Source of the DNA: the human T2T-CHM13v2.0 reference genome, Homo sapiens
Length of the DNA stretch: 64,000 nucleotides
Direction: 5' to 3' (one strand)
Assembly (NCBI RefSeq): GCF_009914755.1
Contig: NC_060925.1
Shown here in pieces: positions 13,310 to 25,400 of the stretch (within the stretch, counting starts at the first letter, position 1; the number at the start of each line of letters is the position of its first letter). The notes under the pieces are model-generated. The model saw only the letters and a program-made list of their open reading frames with translations, searched no databases and was not told the origin of the DNA. Position numbers and translations under genes: made by a program.

Positions 13310-16300
13310 TAAGACAAATCACCCTTCCAACAAACGACGTTAGGACAACTGCACATGCAAATGCAAAAGAATGAAGTTGAACCCATACCTCACACAACCC
13401 TCCAAAATTAACAAAGTAAATTATAGACTTAAATGGAGGATATAAAACTCCTGCAGGAAAACAGAAGAGTAAATTTCCATGATCATGGAGTAGGCAATTA
13501 CTTTTTACATTTGAAATCAGAAGCATAAGCAACAACAATAAAGAACAATAGATACGTTAAACTTTGTCAAAATTAAAAACCTTTGTCCTTCAAAGGGTAC
13601 CATCAAGAAAATGAAAAATCAGGACTTGGGGTGGAGCAAGGTGGAGTAGGAGTCTCCACTGATCATCCCTCACACAAGGAGATTAATTTAACAACTATGT
13701 ACACAGAATAAAACACCTTCATAAGAACCAAAACTCAGGTGAGCATTCACAGTACACAGTACGTGGTTTTAACTTCATATCAATGCAAGAGGCACTGAAG
13801 AGGCAGGAAAAACAGCCTTGAATTGCTGATGCCGCCTCTCTCCCATGCCCCAGAGGTGACAGCATGGTGGAGAATGCTACTGTGTGCTGGCAAGAGGGAA
13901 ATCACAGCAACTGTGACACATTTAATAATGTCTCAGGGCATTTAATAATCAAACTCCCAAAGGTCAAGGATAGCATAAAGATCATCCTAAAAGCAGCAAG
14001 GGAAAAGAAGCAAATGACATACAATGGAGCTCCAATAAAGCATAGAGAACCCAGAAACAAATCCATGCACCTAAAGTGAACTCATTTTTGACAGAGGAGA
14101 ACCAAGATCATGCACTGGGGAAAAGACCATCTCTTCAATAAATGATGCTGGGAAAACTAGATATCCATATGCAGAAGAATAAAACTAGACCCCCTATCTC
14201 TCACCATATACAAAAATCAAATCAAAATGGATTTAAGACTTAAGTCTGAGACCTCAAACTATAAAACCACTACAGGAAACATTGGAGAAACTCTTCAGGA
14301 CGTTGATTTGGGCGAAATTTTATTGAGATACCCCAAAAGTAGAGGCCACCAAAGCAAAAATGGACAAATGGGATCACCTCAAGTTAAAAAGCTCTGCACA
14401 GCAAAAGAAATAATTAATGAAGTGAAGCGACAACCCACAGAATGGGAGAAAATACTTGCAAACTACCCATCTGACAAGAGATTAACAACCAGAATATATA
14501 AGGAGCTGAAACAACTCCATAGGAAAAAATCTAATAATCCAATTAAAAAATGAGCAAAATATTTGAATAGATATTTCTCAAAGGAAGACATACAAATGGC
14601 AAACAGGCATATGAAGTAGTGCTCAACATCGCTGATCATCAGAAAAGTGAAAATCAAAACTACAATGAGATATCATCTCACCCCACTTAAAATGGCTTGT
14701 ATCCAAAAGACAGGCAATTGCAAACACTGGTGAAGATGTGGAGGAAAGGAAACCCTTGCACACTGTTGGTGGGAATGTAAATTAGTACAATCACTGTGGA
14801 GAACAGTTTGAACGTTCCTTGAAAAACTAAATATAGAGTTACTGTATGATCCAGCAATCCCACCGCTGGGTATATAACCAAAAGAAAGGAAATCAGTAAA
14901 TCAAAGAGATATCTGCATTCCCATGTTTGTTGCAGCAAGAACTTGGAAGCCAAAATTTGGAAGCCAAAACTTGGAAGCAACCTAAGTGTCCATCAATAGA
15001 TGAATGGATAAAGAAAATCTGGTACTTATACACAACAGAATACTGTTTAGCCATTTAAAAACATGAGATCCTGTCATTTGCAGCAACACGGATGGAACTG
15101 GAGGTCATTATGCTAAGTAAAATAACTCAAGCACAGAAAGACAAATATTGCCTGTTCTCTCACTCATTTGTGGGATCTAGAAACCAAAGGAATAGAATTC
15201 ATGGAGATAGAGAGTAGAACGATGGTTACCAGAGGCTAGGAAGGATAGTGGGAGGGTTGTGGGGAAGTGGGGATGTTTAACGGGTACAGAATAAATAGAA
15301 AGAATGAATAAGAAATGGTGTTTGATAGCCCAATAGGGTACAATAGTCAGTAATAGTTTAGTTGTGAATGTTTTAAAAAGACAATGAAAAATCTACTCAC
15401 AGAATGGGAGAATATATTTGCAAATTATATATCAGATAAAGGACTCACATCTAGAATATATAAATAATTATTACAATGTAATTTAAAAATTTGTCTAATG
15501 ATTTTAGTAGCCATCTCCCGAAAGAAGATATATAAATGGCCAATAAATACATGAAAAGATGCTCAACACCATTAGAAATCTGAAAAATGCAAATCAAACC
15601 ACAATGAGATACCACTTCACACCGGCTTGATGGCTACTGTCAAAATGATAGATAATAAAAATGATTGGCAAAGATGGAGAAACTGGAATCCTCATACACT
15701 GCTGATAGGGAATCAAAATGGCACAGCAGTTTTGAAACATAGTCTAGCGGTTCCTTAAAATGTTGGACATAGAGGCCACACATGATTCAGTAATTTCACT
15801 CTGAGAAAAATAAAAACACATCCACACAAAAACTTTTACATGCATTTTCAAAGCAGCATTATTTTTACAGTCAAAGAGTGGAAGGAACCTACATGTCTGT
15901 CAACTGATTAATGGATTGAAAAATGTATGAGGTCCATACAATCTAATATTATTCAGCAATTAAAAATACAGATACATGGTACAACATGTATGAATCTTGG
16001 AAACATTCTAAGTGAAGCAAGCTAGTCACAAAAGACCAAATATTATATAATTCTATTTATATGAAATGTCCAGAATAGGCACATCTATGGAGATAGTAGT
16101 TTAGTTGTTTCCTGGGGCTGGGACAAGGGAGTAGGAGCAGGAATAAGAAATGACCATAAATGGGGACAGTGTTTCTCCTTGGGCTGATGAAAATGTTCTA
16201 AAATTAGATTGTGGTGATAAATGCACAATGCAGTGAATATAACAAAATGCACTGAACTCACTTTAAATGAGTGAATTATATGGTATGTGAGTTTTATCAA

Positions 16301-16318
16301 AATAAAACTCTTAAAAAA
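13310..16318 (+). mobile_element. L1MB host element (13310-13620 plus 15394-16318)
   Basis: ORF2 3' sequence reads continuously across the insertion (CATCAAGAAAATGAAAAATC|TACTCACAGAATGGGAG). Ends in an L1MB 3' UTR (GATGAAAATGTTCTAAAATTAGATTGTGGTGAT..AATAAAAC). Confidence 0.85.
13621..15377 (+). mobile_element. Nested L1MA-type element with 5' end, internal deletions and 16-bp TSD
   Basis: AAGAAAATGAAAAATC at 13605-13620 and AAGACAATGAAAAATC at 15378-15393. Contains a 5' UTR-like start (GGAGCAAGGTGG), an ORF1 fragment (HLIIKLPKVKD..ILKAAREKKQMTYNGAPI), and the ORF2 3' part with 3' UTR. Confidence 0.85.
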
Positions 16319-18527
16319 GTCGGGGGAGGATCACTAAGTGTCACAGTGGAGGACAGGATGTAAGAAGCTGAGATGATAGACAAGGATATAAGCAAAGACC
16401 ATGTTTACATAGTTCAGGAAAATTAAAAGCAGGGCTTGAACTACCATAGTGGCAATGGGAATGATATAGTGGGAACAAATGCAGGATGATGTGGTGGTAA
16501 CTAGGCACACTTTCTCTCTACATCATCAACACCCACTTGATAGCCACTTTCACCCACTTGAGCGCTACTGTCTCTGATGGGTAGAAACCTCACTTTATTT
16601 GAAAACACCCAGAGCCAAACGTCTGTCCACCATCTCCTGAGTTGGCCTGCCTATGTGGAGAATCATTTAAATTATTTTTACTATTTGAGGCAAAATGTGC
16701 TTGTCTGCAACATCTACCCATTGTCTTTCATTGTGCCTTGTAAAAGTAAATATATTACTATGATAATGTTTGAAAACGTTTGTTTAATAGATGATCCAGA
16801 TCTGCTGGAGATTATAGACTGTATCAATATTTGTACAATAAAGGTCAGAGAGACAATTCTCAAGTTAGAATTTTTGAAAATCTAAACTGTTCATCAGATA
16901 GGTAGATGAAGAGACCAAGCCCTCATGTGGTGTCAGACCAGCTTTCTCATCCCAAATATTAATACATTTTGGTTGCACATAGAAGGAAGGCATAGGAACC
17001 CCATTGCTATGTGGGGCTTTTACTGATGGCATCTTTCTGGAATCCTGAGAAGGTACTATCCACACTCCTGTCATTCAGTTTAATTGAAATGTGACCCTTT
17101 CAGGCAACCTAACAATATGTTTACATTACACAGAATTTTTCACTTAAGATTCCCCTTAATATTTAACTAACACCACTAAAGAATAATGCGACTGGCACTA
17201 TAGCTGTATCAGAATGGGAAATCAATCAGTTTTCAATCTTGTTTGGCAACCCTCTCACTAACCCAGGCAGACAGAGACCCGGGGAAGGGGAGAAAGGGAT
17301 GTTAGGCCTTGAGCCAGAGGTGAAATTAAATCTGCTTTGTATCTATTGTGAAATCTGCCTCACTTTCCAAGTGCTAACAAAGGGACAAACTGGGAGAGGC
17401 AGGTGCCTGATGTGTCTTCTATCTGGAAAATCGGGAGGTATCCCAAGAAGTCACGCTCATTGCTTCTGACACTTTCTTTAAAATATTGCTCTTTTCACCC
17501 ATACAATTTTTGTCAGTAATCCTCAAAGGAAGATAATACTTGGAATTTCAAATCAGCAGCACCTTGATGGCAAAGTCAGGTATTTAGAACCCAATTTAAC
17601 TCTTATGCTCCCAAACAGTAGAAATAAAAACAACAATAACAATAATAAAGTTATTTTACATTAAATTATCATGGTACAGTTACAAAGTACTTCACATATA
17701 TTGTCTTAATTTACCCAGTGGAGAAAACTGTGCTGTTTAGCTATTCAATATATGTTTTGTTTGATTTTATTATGAAAATATATGAAGCAAAAAGTCTTTC
17801 TCCATAGAAAAATCAAGTAAAGCCCATAGAATAGTTATTAGCCTAGCATATATGAGAGTGCTCAGTGTAGGTTCTTTCTCCCTTCTGCCCCTCTAAAGCT
17901 ACTTTGGCTAATAGGCAGTAAATGTTCCTAATACCTTCAGCAGTAGAGATTAGTTATCATTTCCCCCATTATGTACAAGAAGGATCCATTAAGCATCCCA
18001 AGTCCAGGGAAGGGAAAGGGATGCCAAGAAGTAGACAAGAGGTACGAGAGTACCACATCCCCCTTTCTCCCACAAAGACAATCATGCCAAGACAGTAGGC
18101 TGTGTTCTTCTGACCTACTAGTTTGCTCCTAGTTAGACCGTAGACTTAATCTTGCAGCATTGGTTCTTGTGGAAAACAGGATGATCTGTTGGAATAAACT
18201 GAGTACCTGAGATACAACACAAAGCAGGTGAAGCTTGTGTCAGCGCCTCTCCCTTGCATGGACCCAGTGGGAGATAAAGAGATTATAGAAGAAAAGAAAC
18301 TGAATTACCAGGTCTTCAATAATTTGTTGTGATCTATTTTTTCATTCTATTTACTTTTAAACCTACTTTGTATTTGTAATTTTATTTTTTCTTAAAGATT
18401 CTCACTTCCTTCAGTAATATAGGCCACACAAGCTAGATCCACCCTTGAAGAGAACTTAATTCAAAAGAATCCCACAGCAAATGACTGCAACCTTCACAGC
18501 CAGGCCAGATTCAGGATTCAATGCTAA

Positions 18528-18890
<363 letters not shown>

Positions 18891-19753
18891 GCAGCATTTT
18901 TATTATTCTGAAACTGATCTAATTTTGATGAATTTTTACCTTCCTCCTAGGTGGCAGAAAAAGTTCAACTTGTTAGTTCTGTTTCTTATTTTTGATTCCA
19001 CTTAAAATGCTCCCCTGCAAGAAAATTCTTGCCCTTTTCAGAATTCTTCCCTTCCCCATTTCCGTTTCCAAAGATGATTGCTGAGTACAAGGGTGGGAGG
19101 ATGTCTCTCAGTCCGGTGTCCAACGGGAGGGGCCCCTCTGATCTCATGGAGGGTGCCTGTGCCTTTTGCTGGGCTCCCATTGGGTCAGCATTAAGGGGGC
19201 TGCCTATGCTGACAACAACTGAGGACACACCCCTTTAAAGCTCACCAAACACTGTCCTCCTGCTATTGACGTCTAGAATGCAGAGGAAGCTCCTGGATAC
19301 CTTCTACACCACACAGGCGTTAAAGATTTTGGAGAGCTAACCTCAGGGCATGTTACTTTGGTGGAGCTACCACTGTGATCTCCTCCCAGAGCACAGTTGT
19401 CCCCCTCCCCCAGGAGGCATCAGGATGTGTCTTCTCTCTCCCCTAGGAAAATTCCATGTCTTCATTTCTCCCCACAGGAAAATTCCTCTGGAAAATAGCA
19501 GGTCCTTCCGTTTTCTCTTCCTCTCTTGAACGGGCTTCCTCGAAGTCATCTCCTTCTTACTGGGTCACTAAGCCTCCCAGCTCGGTAGACATGGAAGAAA
19601 AGGTGTCCTTCCTGCATTATAGAAAAAGCACAGATATGCCAGATGTGTGCTTCAGGCCTGGTTCTTGATGTGTTAATTGAGGCTAACAGGTTTTAGATGA
19701 TTCGTTTCATTTCTAACAGAACCAGTTGTTCAAAACTATTGTCTTGTTTCCAG

Positions 19754-19866
19754 TGCCAAAGCTGTGGATATTCAATGATGTTTATCACTCTCCCCCTGCC
19801 GCTGCAGTCCTACCCTGCACTGCTAATCCTCCCTCAGCAAACAGATGCCCCTGGAACAATGTAGGG
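19754..19866 (+). other. Candidate internal exon (113 nt) of an unidentified spliced transcript
   Basis: CTAAC at 19713-19717, acceptor TTGTCTTGTTTCCAG|, donor GGG|GTGAGC. Non-repetitive sequence. Prediction only. Confidence 0.45.
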
Positions 19867-20329
19867 GTGAGCACAAAGAAATTCAGGAGAAGAAAGTACA
19901 TTCATGTAATTCAAAATTGTTATCTCTATCATAAGATTAGTAAAAAGCCTTTGTTCAGATTTTTTATTGTGAGCAGTGTTGTATTTTTTGTTATTGTTTC
20001 AAGGGATAGGTTGATATTTTGATATCACTTAGAACCGAGTCGGTAAACTACATATTTATCTTTGATCAACTAAGATTCTGTTTTTAAAGAAAAGAGGACA
20101 TCTTTGGCTAGTAATGATTAGGTAACAGTGAATGGCAGGTGCCATATGGATCCTTGGAGCACAGACGGACATCAACCAGCAAGTATTTCTCAGATTCTAC
20201 CCTAAAATAGTGACAGTATGTCAGGTGTGGACTAATATATGTAATAGCTTTCAAAAGGAACTGAACAACTAGCAAGTAAAGAGTAATTTATATTAAAAGA
20301 TCCCAATAATAGATGGACTATGGCAAGAA

Positions 20330-21040
20330 CCTCTGAACTAGTCTCTCTGCTTCTTCTCTACCTCTTTACAGTGTATTATCTACACTGCAATCAAAATCTT
20401 CCTTCCAAATGTAAGTAACTGTTCAATGGCTTCCCATGGGACTCGGAATAAAAGCTCACACTCTTTACAATGGCCCTGCAGGTTCCTCATCTCCTACCTC
20501 CAGCATCTTCACTGTCCCTCTGCTCCAACCACACTGCCTCTTTCTTATTCCTCCAGACCTCCCAACACAGCCCTGCCCCCAAGACCCTTCCAATGACTCT
20601 GATCCTCTTCCCTGCGCTACCCAGTGTCTCACTCCATCGATTCCTCCACATCCTGCCAAATGTCACCTAACCAGAAAGGCTTTGTTGAACCACCCCAGAT
20701 AAAATAAAGTCCCCTGCCTTTACCCATCACTCTCTCTTGCCCGGTTTAATTCTTTCTAGCACTTACATTGTGATAATTTCTTTTCTGCCTCCTGCCTCTT
20801 TTCATTGGAAAATATATTACATGAGAGGAGGTTTGCTTTATTCATTGCTGAATGTTCAGCACCTAGAATAATACCTGGCACAAAATAGGTCCTCAATTAT
20901 TATACCCAATTCCTCCCAGTTCTCTTGGAAGTTTCTCCATTTTACCATTGAAAATTCCACATCCTTGTGATTCACTTTGTCCCAGTGAATTCCAAACAGT
21001 TGGCCATCCTACCCTTAATAGATAGTTGTTGAATGAAGGA
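20330..21040 (+). mobile_element. L2 (L2a-like) 3' fragment with a small hAT-Blackjack (MER94-like) insertion at ~20905-21011
   Basis: CAATGGCTTCCCAT..AATAAAAGCTCACACTCTTTACAATGGCC, tail ACCTAGAATAATACCTGGCACAAAATAGG..GTTGAATGAA. The insert ends CAGTTGGCCATCCTA. Confidence 0.7.
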
Positions 21041-21183
21041 AAGGAATGAAGAAAAAAGAATGAGGACAGGGAAGGAGGGAGGAATCTAGGACAGAAAAGA
21101 AGGGAGAGAGGAAAAAAAGGATGTTAATATTTTCTTGTTCTATATGTAGAAAGCAAAAGAGTATTTTTGTAATCTTTTTTCAG

Positions 21184-21580
21184 CAAATGCCTGGATCAAA
21201 TTCAATATGATTTTAAAGCCATGAGACCCTCTCATTCTTGGTTTTGATGTTGCACGGTATCATAATACATCTGATTGGAATTTCAATATCAGGTTTAATA
21301 TACTATGCAAGCTGGTATAGGCTCTGAAATTATGCATATTCATGAGAGCAATCACACCCTTACTTTTGATATAACTGGCAAAGTAAGGTACCACAAGAGA
21401 ACAATAATCAAAGAAAAAGGGAGGACTACCAGTTGTTATTTACTTATGACATTTTACTGGAAAAACTTAAGCAACATGAAAGACTATTTCTAAATGAAGT
21501 ACTAAAACTAACAAGACAATGTTATAAAGTGTCATATTTTCTTTCCTTTTATACAATAAAACATTGAAAAGCTCCACCAC
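21184..21580 (+). other. Candidate terminal exon A
   Basis: Acceptor TTTTTGTAATCTTTTTTCAG| at 21183 and AATAAA at 21555-21560. Prediction only. Confidence 0.35.
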
Positions 21581-22199
21581 TATGCAGCCACTTCACCAGA
21601 TGCAATAATATCCAAATGTGAAAGTAATTAATAATATTGTAGTTTTAATTCCCTTGGTATTTCAGAGATATCCTTTGAACAGCCTAAATCAAATCATACT
21701 GGTACTTATGAGAAATAGATATCTCTTGTGAGTCCTTATATTGTGCTTCCCAAGAACCTACAGTGCATTTCAGTTATTTACCTTGAAAATTCTTCAGCCC
21801 ATCCAGAGTGGGTTTGGAAATTTGTAATCATTTTGTAGAATGTGATAAGGGAGGACCTGTCTTCCTAAATTCTCAAGCTTGGAATTTTCAAGTCAGTGTC
21901 AGGACCATAGGCTCTCTAATGCATATATATTTGCCCTGAGCAAATAATTATTTATCTCTGTGCTTCGGTAGTTGCATCTGTATGTTAAAAATAAGATTAT
22001 TGCTATGTTGATTTCTTATGACATGAGAGAAGAGGCTTTAAAAATTAAAGAAAAGAAGAAAACACTTTAAACTTAAGATGGGAATCATATCTTATTCTTT
22101 CATATTCCCAGCGCCTAGCAGAATGCCTGGTTAACTCACCGGGGGCATTAGCCAGTTCCTTGTCTACTACATCATTCCATCTTGTATCATTCCACGCTT

Positions 22200-22332
22200 T
22201 GAAGCAGGTACTATTACACCCTATTTGTAAGGCTTAGAGAGGTCTAGTGGCTTGCCCAAGAACAGACCACAAGTACACAGCAGAGGCATGATTAGAACCC
22301 TGCCCTTCTAACTGCAGTCTGGTGCTCTTTCC
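22200..22332 (-). mobile_element. MIR
   Basis: GGCTTAGAGAGGTCTAGTGGCTTGCCCAAG..GATTAGAACCC, antisense MIR core. Confidence 0.75.
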
Positions 22333-24639
22333 TGGACACCTGCACATCTCTTCCAGTAATTGAACTGACCTGCATGTTAAGCATTTCACATTGCTCTAAC
22401 ACACCAAAGCCTATCTACAGAAATGTTCAGAAAGATTTGTTCCCAAGCCCTCTTCCATGTCATGTATGCACTTTGTTCCTGGCACTCTTTGCAGACCATC
22501 TCTCTCCCAGCATGAAAGTTGTCTATAAACCCTGTGTAGTCGAATTGCAATTTGGAATCTCTACAGGAGCCCGACTACATTAAACCAATGCATGGATTAA
22601 CACCTACTTCAACACACACAACCATTCTCCACGTACATGGGCAGTTTTTACCCAACCAAACAATAACAGACAGGTTCTACTCATACAGAGGAGGCATTGA
22701 AAGGCACAGTAGAAACACAGACACGCAGTATAGTGCTTCGTGTCCAGGTGCATTAATGAGCTGTGGCCTCAAATCCCAGGTTCGCCAAGAGTGTTTCTGC
22801 TCATGTATCAAAGCAAAGTCATCCTGGGTGTGAGTGGAAATGCTAGTTGCATTCATGTCAGCACTAGACATTTCCTGGAACCCATTAAACAAGATTCATT
22901 TTCCAAATGGATTTTGTTAATTTATTTTTTTTTCCTTTTGTAGTTAGAAACCTAGGGGAAAATTGAGAAGAATAAATGTGGTTAAACTGCCCCAGGGGAT
23001 GGCTTGTCTGTAGAAGCATCCCAGGCATACCGAATGGCGTACAAAACAGACCTTAATGAGTACTGCTTGTCAAAGGATCTGATATGCATTTTGCAGAATA
23101 AACATAACTCCTTTTTCAGCAGTTGATCCACTATTCTCTAGGGAAATGAATGAAGGGCCATATACTGCTGTCTTTGCTGCCCAAACATACACTTGTTTGA
23201 AGGGAAAGCAACAAAAACAAAACAAAACAAAAAACCCTGCTGGTTTCTCTATTTTCTAATTACGTTTTCTTTCCAAGACATATTTTGTTGTATTGGTACA
23301 AAATACGTTCAGTAAATTCAAGGAGGAGAAAACATTCCAGTCTGAAATGGATTTCAGCTTGGCAAAAATGAATTAATAGAGGCATGGCAGGTCACTTATT
23401 TAACTAAGTACAGGGGCTGCCCTATTAACCTTGAGTGAGCTGAGAGAACTAAAGAAAATTCTTTGTTTGTCCTACTGCAAAATTGGCCAAGGCAAATCAA
23501 AACAAGATGCCTGGGCAAATCAAAGTGACACGTTCAAAATAAAATCATGTTAATACTGGTTGCAAATGAAACTTTATTAGCAAGTCAACTTTAGTAGAAG
23601 TGCTGTCTGAATGTAAAAATCTGACTGCTTGAAAATAACACGCCCCCAGTAATTAACTCTCCTAATAGGACTACAATTAAGATCTCGTAGGACAGCATTT
23701 CGGGAATTTCTTCCTGCTTATTCTCACCATATATATTTCTTATGGCTGCAGGTTAGTTTATACCTCCAAATATCATATTTCTCACTAGAAATAGCACTGA
23801 GTAATTGGGTGCTGCAGGGCTTACTGTTCAATACTGAGTCATTTTGATTAGACCCATATTTTATCACTTGTGCCATTAGCATCAGACATTTTTTTAAGCC
23901 ATGAAACTCCTATGTTCTTGGATTTGATGTTCATAAAATTAAGGAAATCAGTTTCTACCATCTATTTTTCTCTTCAAAAATCAAATTACGTGACATCTCA
24001 TCCATGTCAAGGCAGTCTAAATCACTGATCATTTTCCATCTGAGGCTAGGTGTGAAGCTAATCCATTTTCTGTAATGAAGCAGCGAAGCTAAAGAAGGGC
24101 TGAGCTATACTCTGAACTATGGAAATAATGGATCTAATTTAGATAGTTAATCCAGCCATTTCTGAATAGTGTGCACTCATGTTTGTTGAGCTAATAATGT
24201 CCATCTTAAATCAAGAAGACATTTAAACCTTTATGGAATATCTTTATAAAATATCAACCTTTATGGAATGTTATTAAAAATGTATGTATGGTAATGGACA
24301 ATTCTTCACCAGTGCTTTGGATATTCTGCCCTCAGACCAAAGATGCTTATTTTTCTTCCTTCCCTCTCTTCTTCCTTTTCTCTCCCTCTCCTCTTTCCTT
24401 TCTTTCTCTTAGATCTTCAGTAATTTCTCTGTACTCCATGCAGCATGTGCAGTTGCTTAATTCAATCCATCTTTTCTTTTTAAAAATTTTTCCAATCTCA
24501 TACCTTCCTCTATTTACTATGATAAAACTCTTCTATACTTCATAGGAAACTACTTAAAAGAAGTATGTACCTTCAATGTCTTTCTCCCTAAATTTTCACT
24601 TACTTCTAACTCAAACAGTTGATTCTTTATACTAACACA

Positions 24640-25400
24640 TGAATAAACTTGCCAATGACATCTTATGTTGCTAAGGCTTATGCGTGCTTTTATTGTGTTT
24701 GTTTTTACTCATTTTTCTAGAGCATTTGACATATCTCCTTGTCAAAGTGTTCTCTTCTCTTGCCGTGGGGGACACCACTCTGGTTGTTCTTTCTTCATTT
24801 CCTTTCTTGGATCTCCTTTTTCACCCAGAAATATCGTTCTCTCCAAGGACTTTTTTCTTGGTACTCTCCTTTAATCGCTCAATGATTTCATACAGGCCCA
24901 TGTCCTTAGGTGCCACTTCTTTGTTCATATTCCCAGCCTGCTGAGACTCAAATACCAGTGCTCTTCTAGATGTCTCTACTTCAGTACCCTTTTAGACAAC
25001 TAAAACCTCAAACTGTCCAAAATTAGCCCCTCCTTTCCTCTCTCGAAATTGCTCTTTGACTTATTTTCCTAATGTTGCTAATGGATGAGGCTTCTATCCA
25101 GGCCTAAAACTAGAATCTCAGTTATCCAAGTGTCTTTTGCATTTAATTTTACACCAGATATTATCTATTCTATCTCCTATCTGTGTACGTCTTCCCATTC
25201 ATAATGCCTTTTAATTGTCATTTCTTCAGTGAATTACAAAGATATCTTCTGAAATATTATCCCTTCTTCTGGTATGGCTTCCTGCAATATTCAATTCCAA
25301 TGTCATGCTCTTGATTAAAATCTTTCAGTGGTCGCTCACTGTTTCTAGACCTTAGCTGGAACTCTTGGACCAAAAAATGTGAGCTACCTCTGTATCCACC
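24640..25400 (+). mobile_element. L2 internal fragment
   Basis: CCAATGACATCTTATGTTGCTAA, AGCATTTGACAT, CATGCTCTTGATTAAAATCTTTCAGTGG; degenerate L2 motifs. Confidence 0.6.

Noticed and set aside
14227-14553. L1 ORF2-like peptides (also 3945-4169, 11035-11325, 59414-59629)
   Set aside because: Short, frameshifted fragments of dead L1 copies; no intact ORF1/ORF2 or reverse transcriptase domain in the window.
19029-19238. 69-aa ORF (..MIAEYKGGRMSLSPVSNGRG..) downstream of the 18950 acceptor
   Set aside because: No homology I can recognise and an equally long antisense ORF overlaps it; insufficient to call a CDS.
21198-21282. Box C/D snoRNA-like arrangement (terminal stem, ATGATTT ... CTGA about 70 nt apart)
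   Set aside because: The putative box C lacks the second GA of RUGAUGA needed for the kink-turn, and I can identify no guide complementarity. An Rfam/snoscan search would settle it.
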